From a virus (Duplodnaviria; Caudoviricetes), in the IMG/VR virus record IMGVR_UViG_2974508059_000001, positions 32,001-96,000 of that record: DNA of 64,000 nt; one strand, 5' to 3'. The position numbers were made by a program, and so were the translations under genes. The notes beneath the pieces are model-generated. The model made no database searches and was not told where the DNA came from. It worked only from the letters and a program-made list of their open reading frames with translations. Below are positions 19,844 to 29,576 of this stretch, in pieces; position 1 is the stretch's first letter, and every line of letters begins with the position of its first letter.

Positions 19844-21007
19844 ATGATACAGAGAACCGTAGAGTCAAGCGTAATTACGTTCTTAGCTGCCTTCCCCTCG
19901 CTGTTTCGTCAGCGGGCGGACTCGCTGGAGGAGTTCAACTCCGTTCTACAGAATGACTACACTACGCTGGTCGAAGATAGCTTGCTGGGTCTGGACTACC
20001 TGCCCGGCATTATGGAAAAGATGCAGTTACTGTTGGCAGGGCAAACCCTGACCGCCATTTCACTGCTGACCGGTGTTCCAGAAGTTGACGTTATCGGCAC
20101 GCTGGACAAAATCTCCACCAAACGTAGCGCATTGGATGCTGCGGTTCGTACCGGGAGTGCACTGGGTGCATTGGCAATCGGCGAGTCGTCACGTCCGGGT
20201 CGCTTTGCGCTGCCGTCATACGATAACCTCGCTTTGGCAGTTGGTGAATCTTCTCGTCGTAAAGTGGCGCGTGAATCGCGTGATGACAAGAGCAAAGAGC
20301 GCACCGGCGTGGCCCTGCAAAGTGATTTCGCTAAGCGTCTGAGCGAGCAGGAAAGCCTGTCCAGCGGTAAGCAGTTCAGCGTGACCTTTGAGCGTAATGG
20401 TAACAAGCTCGAAGTGCCAATGCGCGTGCGTCTGGAAGTCAGCTCCACCGATACCGGGTCTATCGAAAACATCATCCTGCTGGGCGAAGAGAACCGTAGC
20501 CTGTGGGAACGTTGGATTCGCCGCTCTACCGGTAAAAACGGTGGCTCGTCTGCCGTGGATAAAATCCGCGCGACGAAAGACATCGCCTTCTCCAACGACC
20601 TTATCGATGAGTACCGTAAGAATCGCTTCCGCGACAAATCGGGCTACTACTCGAAGATGATGGAGAAGAGAAACGGCAACTGGCTGTCAGGTATGCTGAC
20701 GCTGTCACCGTCCATCAACAACGCCTCCGCGCTGATGATTGTCTCGCAGGAAACCATCGACGGCTTAGAAGCGCGTCTGGGTGGTGACTTCGATGACTTC
20801 AACGTGCGCAAACGTGTGTTCGAAAACACACTGACCATGTACTACGTCGTGGTTGACCAGACGTGGGGCCGTGTCACTATTTACACTCGCGGTCAGAACG
20901 GTTCACAGCAGCTGGATAAGAACGATTTCAGCAAGGCTAAAGCTGGCTCTGCCGACGTGAACAAAATCATCGAAGCGTATCGCTCCGGTGCTCAACCGGT
21001 GCTTTAA
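19844..21007 (+). CDS. Virion head protein (phiKZ gp89-like)
   Basis: ATG 19844; internal AIGES, AVGES and VARES cluster; synteny. Confidence 0.7.
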   Translation: MIQRTVESSVITFLAAFPSLFRQRADSLEEFNSVLQNDYTTLVEDSLLGLDYLPGIMEKMQLLLAGQTLTAISLLTGVPEVDVIGTLDKISTKRSALDAAVRTGSALGALAIGESSRPGRFALPSYDNLALAVGESSRRKVARESRDDKSKERTGVALQSDFAKRLSEQESLSSGKQFSVTFERNGNKLEVPMRVRLEVSSTDTGSIENIILLGEENRSLWERWIRRSTGKNGGSSAVDKIRATKDIAFSNDLIDEYRKNRFRDKSGYYSKMMEKRNGNWLSGMLTLSPSINNASALMIVSQETIDGLEARLGGDFDDFNVRKRVFENTLTMYYVVVDQTWGRVTIYTRGQNGSQQLDKNDFSKAKAGSADVNKIIEAYRSGAQPVL

Positions 21008-21017
21008 GGGGTCTTTC

Positions 21018-21953
21018 ATGCCTATTCCGAACATGCTGGCAATGTTACTGCCAAGCTTTGAGTCCATTAACCTGAAGAACCAGCTCTCGTCCAACTGTGA
21101 CGCGATTGGGGAAGCCCTGCTGCCGCGTTTCCAAACGTTGCAGGAAGTGGTGGGTACCCAAGAGGGCAAACACTTCAAGAACAGCACCGTGCAAGAGATG
21201 AGCGAAGACATCGTCTCTAGCCTGCGTAGCAGTTCCCTGAACGTGAAAGGCCTGCGTGTTGCCTCGATGCTGGAGTATATCATTCCATCATTAGAGAACG
21301 TGCTGACCCTGCGCAGCTTCTTAGAGCAGCACATCACCAAAGACATCGGTAAGTCACTGGTGACCTCGGCGCTGACCTTTAACAAGCAGACCCTGCTGCA
21401 GATGCTGGACATCATTGACTTCGCCACCAAGTACAGCAGTGTTCTGCTGAACTACGTCACAGCCGTTGAGCTGAACGCGGTGGAAGGGTCAAACATTGAT
21501 GGCGGCGCTATCGCACCAAACGACCTGCAATACCTGAAGACGCAGAGCACGGTCTTCTGTATCGCCCTGCGGGTGCTGGGGACGCCTATCAATAAACTGA
21601 AAGCGGACTACGCTGAGATTCCAGAGGCTATCTTCGATGAAGACACCTACAACGATCTCGTCGCCTCTTTCGGTTCTGGCACCACCGACCCACTCGGCAT
21701 GCGTTCGGTTCCATTCCCACTGACGATTGTCTATCGCGTTCGTCTGAACTTCGCTGAATGGCAGATGGATCGCTACGACGAATGTGTGGCTGCCGGTAAA
21801 GCGGCAGAGCTACGTATTCTGCTGTGGAAAAAGCAGCAGGCAGAAGGCAGTGGTGATGCGGCTATTGAGCGTCTGATTAAAGACCAGGAAAAACGCTTGA
21901 TGGACCTCAAGTACAAGCGTGAAAAACTGGAGAAGAAGTATGGACTTCAATAA
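21018..21953 (+). CDS. Virion head protein (phiKZ gp90-like)
   Basis: AAGGGG SD before ATG 21018; helical with C-terminal coiled coil; synteny. Confidence 0.7.
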   Translation: MPIPNMLAMLLPSFESINLKNQLSSNCDAIGEALLPRFQTLQEVVGTQEGKHFKNSTVQEMSEDIVSSLRSSSLNVKGLRVASMLEYIIPSLENVLTLRSFLEQHITKDIGKSLVTSALTFNKQTLLQMLDIIDFATKYSSVLLNYVTAVELNAVEGSNIDGGAIAPNDLQYLKTQSTVFCIALRVLGTPINKLKADYAEIPEAIFDEDTYNDLVASFGSGTTDPLGMRSVPFPLTIVYRVRLNFAEWQMDRYDECVAAGKAAELRILLWKKQQAEGSGDAAIERLIKDQEKRLMDLKYKREKLEKKYGLQ

Positions 21954-22482
21954 CGCCGAACAGGCCATCAAAGAGTACATGGACTTGCTCAGCCAAAACG
22001 CTGTGCTGGTTCACGATGACAAAGTCATTCACGGTGTCCTGCCGGCCTGTGCGGTGGTTCTGGCGCGTTTTCGTCTGTGTGCCCTGTCAAGTGTGCAGGA
22101 AGTATTATATGACGAATACCCGCAAATCGGGTTTACTTTCAATACGTTTTATAATGAAACGGTTAAGTTCATTCTCGATGGAAAGCGTCGCGATATCTCA
22201 GTTGGGCAATACTCAGTTCTGATGCAACAGTATATGAACGATGTTCATGGTACTAAGTACGTGCGTCAGACCGGTAGCCTCGGTAGTCGAATGATGGCTG
22301 CTTCGTTCGGAGACTCCGGACAAGTGCGTAATCTGGGCGCTTCGCATCAAACGCAGCAACCGGACACCCGTCTGCTATCTTATGCAGACCACGAACTGCT
22401 GGCGCAGTGGCTTACGCGTGTCAATGGATTGTCAGACATGGTATCCTCGCTTGCAGTATTTTTAAAGATCGCACGTCCCTGA
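21940..22482 (+). CDS. Hypothetical virion protein
   Basis: GGAG SD before ATG 21940; within the head operon. Confidence 0.7.
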   Translation: MDFNNAEQAIKEYMDLLSQNAVLVHDDKVIHGVLPACAVVLARFRLCALSSVQEVLYDEYPQIGFTFNTFYNETVKFILDGKRRDISVGQYSVLMQQYMNDVHGTKYVRQTGSLGSRMMAASFGDSGQVRNLGASHQTQQPDTRLLSYADHELLAQWLTRVNGLSDMVSSLAVFLKIARP

Positions 22483-22540
22483 GGGGGCCCCTTAATCAGG
22501 GGCGTGTGGGTATTTGGTTATAACCAATAGGAACTGAAGC

Positions 22541-23809
22541 ATGAACTTTATCCAACAGCGCATCGCGCGTGAGTCAGTTGAATCTGATCCAAGCGCAATT
22601 GACGGCCTGAGCAACGTTGAGACTTCTGAAGATAACCTCGACGTGCAACTGACCGAAGTGGCTTCCATCGATGGTCAGCTGGACCGTCTGGACAATGACC
22701 AGGAAACGCTGGCCATTGACGCCGTTCGTACTGATGATGCAATCGACCAGGCCAGCGAAGCTGTCGAAAACGGCGAAGAGCTGCCTGAAGAAACCATCGC
22801 CAAAACTGAAGTGGCGCAGGAATCTATCCGTCGCCGCTGGGCTCTGGATACACCTAAGCTGGCGCGTGAAAGCTACCGTCGTGGCCGTGGCATGACCATC
22901 GCTGCGCAGGAAGGCTGGAAAGAAACCTTCAAAGACCTGATGAAGCGTTTCATCGACTTCTGCAACATGGTCATTGATAAGATCAAAGATGCCAAGCTGA
23001 AATACCTGAACGTGGGTAAAACCGCACAGGCGCGTGCCAAGAAATATCAGGCTGCGATTAAAACGCTGGGCAAAAAGAACAAAGAGCAGATCTCTGGCGG
23101 CTTCATCAGCAAGCTGGCTATTGAAGGTCAGTTCAATCTGGAACAGTCTATCGCCGCGGCGAAAGAAGTGGCCGGCGGCAAAGCGAAATCTGCCATCAGC
23201 CATCTGCAAGGCCAGGCCTCTGCAGCTGAAACCGTTGTGACCAAAGCGTCTAAGTCCGATGCTGCTGTAGCGACCTCTGGTTTCTACGACACCATCGAGC
23301 TGTTCGGTTCTGCTGCTAAGAAGATGAAGAACCTGCCGCAGTTTGACAACGAAGAAGCACAGCGTCTGTACGCACTGCCGGGCAATGCCTATATCCAGTG
23401 TGGTAAGAAAGCTGTTAACGGCGTTGACTTCACTGCTGTTGGCTTCCTGTCAACTGGCGATCGCAGCGACACCAAAGAAGTCCCAACTCCGGACATCGCG
23501 AAACTGAACTCTTCTGCTCAGGCGCTGGATGCTATCGGTAAAGGCTTCGAAGGCACGCTGAAAGATTTCCGCAGCTACGATGACGAAATCGGCAAACTGC
23601 GTTCAGCAGCACAGGCAGCGGTTCAGGCGATCGATAAAGCAGCGGATAACGCTGAGCACAAAACTCTGAGCGCAGCACGTTCTGCAGCTGACCAAGCGGT
23701 CCGTAACTACCAGACTCTGCATCGCGCAGTGTCTTACGTAGCGAACACCGTTATCAGCGGCCTGAATGGCTACATCGGTGCGGGCATCGGCGCTTACGCT
23801 AAAGGCTAA
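22541..23809 (+). CDS. phiKZ-type internal head protein (SPN3US gp53/phiKZ gp93 family), paralogue 1
   Basis: Acidic propeptide with IARES, VAQES, LARES, AAQEG sites; strong codon bias; paralogue of the next gene. Confidence 0.85.
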   Translation: MNFIQQRIARESVESDPSAIDGLSNVETSEDNLDVQLTEVASIDGQLDRLDNDQETLAIDAVRTDDAIDQASEAVENGEELPEETIAKTEVAQESIRRRWALDTPKLARESYRRGRGMTIAAQEGWKETFKDLMKRFIDFCNMVIDKIKDAKLKYLNVGKTAQARAKKYQAAIKTLGKKNKEQISGGFISKLAIEGQFNLEQSIAAAKEVAGGKAKSAISHLQGQASAAETVVTKASKSDAAVATSGFYDTIELFGSAAKKMKNLPQFDNEEAQRLYALPGNAYIQCGKKAVNGVDFTAVGFLSTGDRSDTKEVPTPDIAKLNSSAQALDAIGKGFEGTLKDFRSYDDEIGKLRSAAQAAVQAIDKAADNAEHKTLSAARSAADQAVRNYQTLHRAVSYVANTVISGLNGYIGAGIGAYAKG

Positions 23810-23886
23810 TCCCCCTTAGCGTCGCAAGGCTTTCCAGTTTCTAAATTAAAGGGGGTGGCGTTGTCCACCCCAGAGGAAAAGAGAAC

Positions 23887-25158
23887 ATGAACTTTATTCA
23901 ACAGAAACTCGCGCGTGAGTCCATCGAAGGAACCGGCACCGTCGTTCCAGACGGTCTGGAACTGCCAGCTGAGTCGGTAGAGGGTATCCTCGCTGACCTG
24001 GCCCACGACGACCGCGTAATCGACAGTAACGACGCTGATGCTGCTGTACTGGCTGCTGATGCTGACGAAACTGATGCGCAGCTGGACGACGTTGACGCTG
24101 CTGTCGACGCTGCTGACCCGGATAGCGAAACGCCGGCTGACGAAAAGATGGAAGCCGAAGAAGACATGCCTGACTCCGCTGCGGAAGCACTGGACGTTGC
24201 GCAGGAGTCTATCCGTCGTCGTTGGGGTCTGGATGCTCGTCAGTCAGTCGCCCGCGAAAGCTATGGCTCGTCTAACCGCCGTCAGGTTGCTCGTGAATCC
24301 CTGTGGACCGATATCAAAGGTTTCCTGCAGCGTATCCTCGAGTGGCTGCAAGAGCAGGGTCGTAAGCTGAAAGACCGTTGGCTGAAATTCAGCAACGTCG
24401 GCAAGTCCATTCAGGGGCGTGCGGCTAAGTACGAAGCGCAGATCCGTGCACTGGGCAAGCAGAACAAAGACACCATCTCTGGTCCATTCGTTAAGCAACT
24501 GTCTATCAATGGCAAGTTCATCGGTAACGACAGCGCTAAACTGAACGAGCAGCTGGCGGTTTGTACTGGTCTGGTTGACCTGCTGGCGGAAGTGACTGGC
24601 GTGGGTGAAGAGATGGTATCGGCACTGGAAGGCGCAGGCAATCCAGAAACTGCAACCACCGCGAATGCCAAGAAGCTGATTACGATGATCCGTACCCGTG
24701 TGGACGGTGAAGAAGAAATGCTGGGCGGCAACAAAATGGTTATCAAAACCGAAGGCGAAGGCGACGACACCACGGCAACTCTGTCGTATGTTGCTTCCGA
24801 AGCTGAAGGCGAAGCCTCTGTCCCTACTCCTAATGCCGGTCAGCTGGCCTCTGCTAACACCTTCTACAAGAAAGTGGGCGTGGAGCTGGAGAAACAGGTT
24901 CAGAACTACCGCAAAGTCGACGCAGCCCGTAGCAAGTTCGAAAGCGAACTGCAGAAGCTGGTTAAGCGTGTTGACGGCGTTAAGATCGATGAGAAACCGG
25001 GTCTGGCTCGCGCCGTCCGTGTTATCCGTCGTGGCGTAACTGGCATCAATGCGACCGTGTCCTCTTCTGAGCGCGCGATTGCCATGATCCAGAAAAACCT
25101 GACCGCTGGCCTGAACGGCTACATCGCGTCTGGTATTGCTGCACACGCCAAAGGTTAA
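23887..25158 (+). CDS. phiKZ-type internal head protein (SPN3US gp54-like), paralogue 2
   Basis: Shares MNFIQQ..ARES, VAQESIRRRW, NVGK, ISG.F and GLNGYI..GI.A.AKG with the upstream paralogue. Confidence 0.85.
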   Translation: MNFIQQKLARESIEGTGTVVPDGLELPAESVEGILADLAHDDRVIDSNDADAAVLAADADETDAQLDDVDAAVDAADPDSETPADEKMEAEEDMPDSAAEALDVAQESIRRRWGLDARQSVARESYGSSNRRQVARESLWTDIKGFLQRILEWLQEQGRKLKDRWLKFSNVGKSIQGRAAKYEAQIRALGKQNKDTISGPFVKQLSINGKFIGNDSAKLNEQLAVCTGLVDLLAEVTGVGEEMVSALEGAGNPETATTANAKKLITMIRTRVDGEEEMLGGNKMVIKTEGEGDDTTATLSYVASEAEGEASVPTPNAGQLASANTFYKKVGVELEKQVQNYRKVDAARSKFESELQKLVKRVDGVKIDEKPGLARAVRVIRRGVTGINATVSSSERAIAMIQKNLTAGLNGYIASGIAAHAKG

Positions 25159-25178
25159 TTCCTTTACGTGTCGGGAAA

Positions 25179-25210
25179 CCCCACTCTTCGGAGTGGGGAT
25201 TCTTTCTTTT
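25179..25210 (+). terminator. Rho-independent terminator (UUCG)
   Basis: CCCCACTC-ttcg-GAGTGGGG plus T-rich tail. Confidence 0.9.
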
Positions 25211-25225
25211 ATTCGACCGAATCTG

Positions 25226-25246
25226 AGATAGATATCATTTAGGTGA
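25226..25246 (+). promoter_or_regulatory. Putative phage early promoter, copy 1
   Basis: AGATAGATATCATTTAGGTGA; one of four similar intergenic copies. Confidence 0.7.
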
Positions 25247-25311
25247 GGTTACGCTATGACCTTTTTTACACGAGACCCATTCAATTATGTAATCGTAAGG
25301 AGAATTTACCC

Positions 25312-25932
25312 ATGAACTATAACCTGCTCTCTGTAATCGACGTAACGGGCAACACTGCAAACCTGAGTGATGCTAAAGTCTTTGAGTTGCATTTCGAACA
25401 TCAAGCACCATTACGTGTACCGCGTCCGGTTATGCTTGGCATCGCTTCCTTCGTACAAGCCTGCTACGCTCGCAACACGGAGCACGCTACCCTCCACTAC
25501 AACAGCCGTACCTTCACACTGGGCCAGAAGTGTGACTTCGATACATACAAGCGCCTACAGCCGCTTTACAAGTGGGCTATCGCCGCCGGTATGGAATACA
25601 TGCACAAAACCGCCAGCCGTGACTACAGTAAGTTTGAACACTTCTACCGTAAACACGTTGCCCGTGTGCCGGAAGTCATGGACGGTTATCTGACCGTCGT
25701 AACCGAAGTGTGCTTTGATAAAGCCGACATGCAAATGGTGTTGGATATCGAGCAGCGCATGATGAACGAACATCTGCTGGATGATGCCAACGGTGCCGTC
25801 GAGTCTGAGCAGATTACTCATGCGCGGGTTACGCATTTGTCCAGTGCGAAGGAACGACTGATTACGGCTCAACCGCTGACAATGCCACAGCTGGTGATTC
25901 ACCGTAAAAGCTCGGTTCAGTCGCAGTTCTAA
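25312..25932 (+). CDS. Hypothetical protein (probable early gene)
   Basis: TAAGGAG SD before ATG 25312. Confidence 0.8.
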   Translation: MNYNLLSVIDVTGNTANLSDAKVFELHFEHQAPLRVPRPVMLGIASFVQACYARNTEHATLHYNSRTFTLGQKCDFDTYKRLQPLYKWAIAAGMEYMHKTASRDYSKFEHFYRKHVARVPEVMDGYLTVVTEVCFDKADMQMVLDIEQRMMNEHLLDDANGAVESEQITHARVTHLSSAKERLITAQPLTMPQLVIHRKSSVQSQF

Positions 25933-25939
25933 TTAACAC

Positions 25940-25967
25940 GCCCCACTTCGGTGGGGTTAGTTTTTTT
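25940..25967 (+). terminator. Rho-independent terminator (UUCG)
   Basis: GCCCCAC-ttcg-GTGGGGT plus T run. Confidence 0.8.
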
Positions 25968-25980
25968 GTAAGGAGTAATC

Positions 25981-26325
25981 ATGCCACACGTCATGTTAGA
26001 CTTTCCAGATGAAGCTTTGCATCAATCACACGGCTTACTGTTTAGACTCGGGGACATCACCTACGATTTACAAATCGAGTCTGTCAAAGAAGCGATTGAG
26101 CAGCTCGCCGACAAAGATTTCCAGGGTCAGATTACCGTGAAGTTGCACCGTAGTGTTCACGGCCTGGGTCGCCTCATCCACATTGAGGTCCATGCACTGA
26201 GCCTTGAGGTTGAGCCGCGTTATGTTCAACTCATTGATTTTAGCGATACCGTGCAGGTGCACAAATTCGAACGTCGTATTATCCTCGCCGCCTTGCGCGG
26301 TACTTTAGAGAAACTCCGCAAATGA
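25981..26325 (+). CDS. Hypothetical protein
   Basis: TAAGGAG SD; ATGA overlap with DHFR. Confidence 0.8.
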   Translation: MPHVMLDFPDEALHQSHGLLFRLGDITYDLQIESVKEAIEQLADKDFQGQITVKLHRSVHGLGRLIHIEVHALSLEVEPRYVQLIDFSDTVQVHKFERRIILAALRGTLEKLRK

Positions 26326-26840
26326 AAATCACCGTCATCGCTGCTGTAGACAACCAATGGGGTCTGGGCAAAGACAATAAACTGGCATGGCGTTTACCGC
26401 GCGACTTCCAATGGTTTAAAGAACAGACCATGGGTAAGATGGTGGTCATGGGGCGTAAGACCTTTGAGTCTATCGGTTCCAAGCCATTGCCGAATCGCCG
26501 TAACTGGGTGATTACCCGCGACAGCCGTAACGTCGTTCCAGCCCAAGGCACTGAATACGGTGTGGGGATTATCACCAAGCCCGATGAGCTTCTGCTGATT
26601 GCCGATAGCTGGAAAGAGAAAGAGGTGGTTATCATCGGTGGTGCTGAGGTGTACGAGATGTTTCTCGAGCACGCTGACCGTATTCTGATTACCCACGTGG
26701 ATACGGAGATTGAAGGCGGGGCAGATGCGGTCTTCCCGCAGTTCGACCGTAACCTGTACAACCAGCGTAGCCTGCTGCACGTCCCAGCCGACGATAAACA
26801 CGCGCACGACTTCACCGTTGTGGAGTACACCAAGAAGTAG
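26322..26840 (+). CDS. folA: Dihydrofolate reductase
   Basis: IAAVDNQWGLGKDNKLAWRLPRDFQWFK, VMGRKTFESIG, PLPNRRNWVITR, IIGGAEVY, DAVFP. Confidence 0.97.
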   Translation: MKITVIAAVDNQWGLGKDNKLAWRLPRDFQWFKEQTMGKMVVMGRKTFESIGSKPLPNRRNWVITRDSRNVVPAQGTEYGVGIITKPDELLLIADSWKEKEVVIIGGAEVYEMFLEHADRILITHVDTEIEGGADAVFPQFDRNLYNQRSLLHVPADDKHAHDFTVVEYTKK

Positions 26841-26892
26841 ACAGTTACGTGCAAAGGGTTGATACTATGTCACTGGTCACGAGGACAAACAC

Positions 26893-27330
26893 ATGTATCG
26901 GCCCGAAGAAGGTTTAGGCACGTCGTTGAATCACCTGATAATCGAGGTGGGGTTGGGTACCGATTTGATTCGGCACTTTAACTCGCTGCCGCAGGTGCAT
27001 TTCTCTGAAGCGCAATACCTGAGCATCGCCCTCTGGTTTCGACTGGTGTACGAGGGCAAGACTGCGAAGCCACTTGCCATTCCCCGTAAAGGGCCAACCG
27101 TCACGGTCGGTGTCCCGATGAACCTCAACAAGTTTATCTGGCTGTACGACTTCGTGAAGGCAGGTACCGTGGTCTCGACCTCGGTAGACCGTCACGCGGA
27201 ATACGGACGGGGCGAGAACTGGCATCTTTTGGATGCACAGGGTGTGAAGTGGCGCAAGCAGAACCAGTTGGTACAGCTTTGGCACTATCCGAATCTGGAC
27301 CACGTGCTGCTGTTGGGTGTTGACAACTAA
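26893..27330 (+). CDS. Hypothetical protein
   Basis: GAGGA SD; ends at a terminator. Confidence 0.75.
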   Translation: MYRPEEGLGTSLNHLIIEVGLGTDLIRHFNSLPQVHFSEAQYLSIALWFRLVYEGKTAKPLAIPRKGPTVTVGVPMNLNKFIWLYDFVKAGTVVSTSVDRHAEYGRGENWHLLDAQGVKWRKQNQLVQLWHYPNLDHVLLLGVDN

Positions 27331-27333
27331 CAC

Positions 27334-27356
27334 GGGGGACTTCGGTCCCCTTTTTT
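27334..27356 (+). terminator. Rho-independent terminator (UUCG)
   Basis: GGGGAC-ttcg-GTCCCC plus T run. Confidence 0.85.
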
Positions 27357-27370
27357 ATTTGCAAGGATTA

Positions 27371-27997
27371 ATGATGAAGAAGATGTTAAAGCGTAAAGAC
27401 TTTATTGAACACCTCCGTAAGTTCGAGGGGATTGACCTTGACATTGTGGGCAACCCAGAAGACGAATTCAAAGAGTACGACGGCGGGTGTAACATTGGCA
27501 AGCTCAGCCTGAATGCCCGCGTGGTGAAGCTCCTAGAGCGTTTGCAGCTACACCAAGAGATTAGCCCGTCGACAGTCTACATCGAGATGCCCGGCGGTGC
27601 AACCCGCGGGGATGTGCTGATTACCTGCGAGAGCGATATTCGCATGGGGGCATTGCGTAAACTCCGAGCCGATGCTCAAGAAGTATCGCGCTACAACGTC
27701 AAAGGGCAGGAGATTTATATCTCCCAAGCCGTGCGGGATGAAATGAAAGACATCGCGGCACGCTTTAAATCGATGTTCCTGTTTCCCGATGCCCTCGTCA
27801 TCGTCATGCTAGACCGCCAGACCGACGCTGACGTGTTTGACCTGCAGCGTAATATGATTCCAGTGGTGAGCTCATTAACCTCGGTTAAAGGTGAGATTGT
27901 CTTCTTGGGTGAGGTCGCGGCCAAACTCACCGAGGAGTTGTTCACCATCAATGGGAGCGTCTACAAGCGGACCCGTAGCTTCTTCAAACAGGATTAA
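27371..27997 (+). CDS. Hypothetical protein
   Basis: AAGGA SD before ATG 27371/27374. Confidence 0.75.
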   Translation: MMKKMLKRKDFIEHLRKFEGIDLDIVGNPEDEFKEYDGGCNIGKLSLNARVVKLLERLQLHQEISPSTVYIEMPGGATRGDVLITCESDIRMGALRKLRADAQEVSRYNVKGQEIYISQAVRDEMKDIAARFKSMFLFPDALVIVMLDRQTDADVFDLQRNMIPVVSSLTSVKGEIVFLGEVAAKLTEELFTINGSVYKRTRSFFKQD

Positions 27998-28000
27998 TAA

Positions 28001-28031
28001 GAGAGGGCCTTCGGGCTCTCTGTTTTTTTTT
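28001..28031 (+). terminator. Rho-independent terminator (UUCG)
   Basis: GAGAGGGCC-ttcg-GGCTCTCT plus T run. Confidence 0.85.
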
Positions 28032-28073
28032 GCGTTACCAGCCAGTTTTATGAGCTAATGAGGAGACACCCCA

Positions 28074-29576
28074 ATGCAACAGTATTTTGAGATTCCTTCA
28101 TTAGACCAGACCATTCGAAAAGCCATCGTGGACGGTATTGTTCATCGAGCGTTAAATGAATCGGGAATCGCGAAAGCAGAAATCATCTATAACGATGAAC
28201 GCTTCAAGACAACCCATCAGGTCGGGTCTACCGAAGGCGAGGAAACCACCGCCGCCTATGCAGGCACCGACCGTGTCTACATCGGTGTGGTGGAAGAGCG
28301 TGACGAGTACGCACGTATCAATCGCCAAATCGGCATGAACGTCAATATCCCGTTCTTTGCAAACGACGATGATCAAGTACACGCGGTGGCCGGTACCTGC
28401 GGTTATGATGTAACCATCACCCTAACGCGCCACAATCAATCAGAAGACGAGTTACACCGTTGGGTGAACCGTCTCAACGCTTTGCAGGATATGGGCCGCT
28501 ACAGCCTGATGGCGGAGTCTGAGGCCTACTACATTATCCCTAAGCCTGCCCTGCAATTGCTGAACGCGTGCTACGTGGCTGCGAATACCCGGGTACCGAA
28601 GCATGAAAGCTTCCCGGAATACCTGCGGGCGTACTTTGGTAAAGAAGTCACCCGCGTCTCGAACGTGGCCGGTGGACAGGAGTCACTGGCGGTGCGCTTT
28701 GCACCAACCCGTGTGGAGCTTGTGTATTCAACTGAACCCCCAACGTGGGATAAGGATGAAAATCACTATGAAGCCGCTTTTAACATCAAGTTCTTTTACC
28801 AGCCGCCAGAAGAGGTGGTGGTCTCGTGCCCGTACATTATTAATCAAACGCCACTACCGGACGAATGGTGGCCGGACATTGACGGACCGTGGGTAAGCAA
28901 CGAGGAGTTCGTGCGTCGCTCCCAGCAGCAACAGAACCTCGATGGAACGTGGTGGGTCAATGAGAAACGCCCCCTGATTCAACTGCCGTACCTGCTGGCA
29001 CCCAAAGAGCAGTTCCTGCGTCTGCACTACCCAGCGAAGCACGCCCCGTTACCTATCTTCGGTACCGATGTCGCCTTTGAAGAAGACAACATGGTTGACC
29101 CGGTTGTCTTCAACGTTGCTGACCTGCCCTACCGGTGGAACGATGCGCTGCTGCCCTACATCGAGCACTGTCGCCGTATTGACCGCACCGGGATGACCGG
29201 GATGTTCCGCTTCCTTGCGTTTGAGGAAGGAGCACTTATCGAGCCGCGTCTCTACCATTGGGATAACGGTAACTTCCAGTTGCTGCGTCGTCAAAACGTC
29301 ACCAAGAACTATTTCGTGCTGGAGACGGTACTCTCTGATTGGCGGGATCTGGACTTGTGGCCGTTGCACCTGTACCCCAAAGCGGCAGAGGTGTTAATCA
29401 AGTGGTTGTTCCCGGATTGGGATACCCCGGATTGGTGGTGGGACTTACCGCGCTTACCGCCGTCAGTGATTGATAAAATCCCACGGGATAAATACAGAGA
29501 CCGGGACTATTACCTGACCATCTTTAACACGGGCATCCTGACTGTCGAAGGAGTAGAAGATGCTGAAGTCGAGTAA
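28074..29576 (+). CDS. Virion structural protein, probable neck/tail-terminator component (phiKZ gp98-like position)
   Basis: GAGGAG SD; first gene of a tightly coupled operon; synteny only. Confidence 0.6.
   Translation: MQQYFEIPSLDQTIRKAIVDGIVHRALNESGIAKAEIIYNDERFKTTHQVGSTEGEETTAAYAGTDRVYIGVVEERDEYARINRQIGMNVNIPFFANDDDQVHAVAGTCGYDVTITLTRHNQSEDELHRWVNRLNALQDMGRYSLMAESEAYYIIPKPALQLLNACYVAANTRVPKHESFPEYLRAYFGKEVTRVSNVAGGQESLAVRFAPTRVELVYSTEPPTWDKDENHYEAAFNIKFFYQPPEEVVVSCPYIINQTPLPDEWWPDIDGPWVSNEEFVRRSQQQQNLDGTWWVNEKRPLIQLPYLLAPKEQFLRLHYPAKHAPLPIFGTDVAFEEDNMVDPVVFNVADLPYRWNDALLPYIEHCRRIDRTGMTGMFRFLAFEEGALIEPRLYHWDNGNFQLLRRQNVTKNYFVLETVLSDWRDLDLWPLHLYPKAAEVLIKWLFPDWDTPDWWWDLPRLPPSVIDKIPRDKYRDRDYYLTIFNTGILTVEGVEDAEVE

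Noticed and set aside
24244-25146. 300-aa minus-strand ORF, and similar ones at 19996..20637, 22574..23209, 41173..41778 and 47853..48602
   Set aside because: Antisense shadows of strongly codon-biased plus-strand genes; no SD or recognisable motifs.
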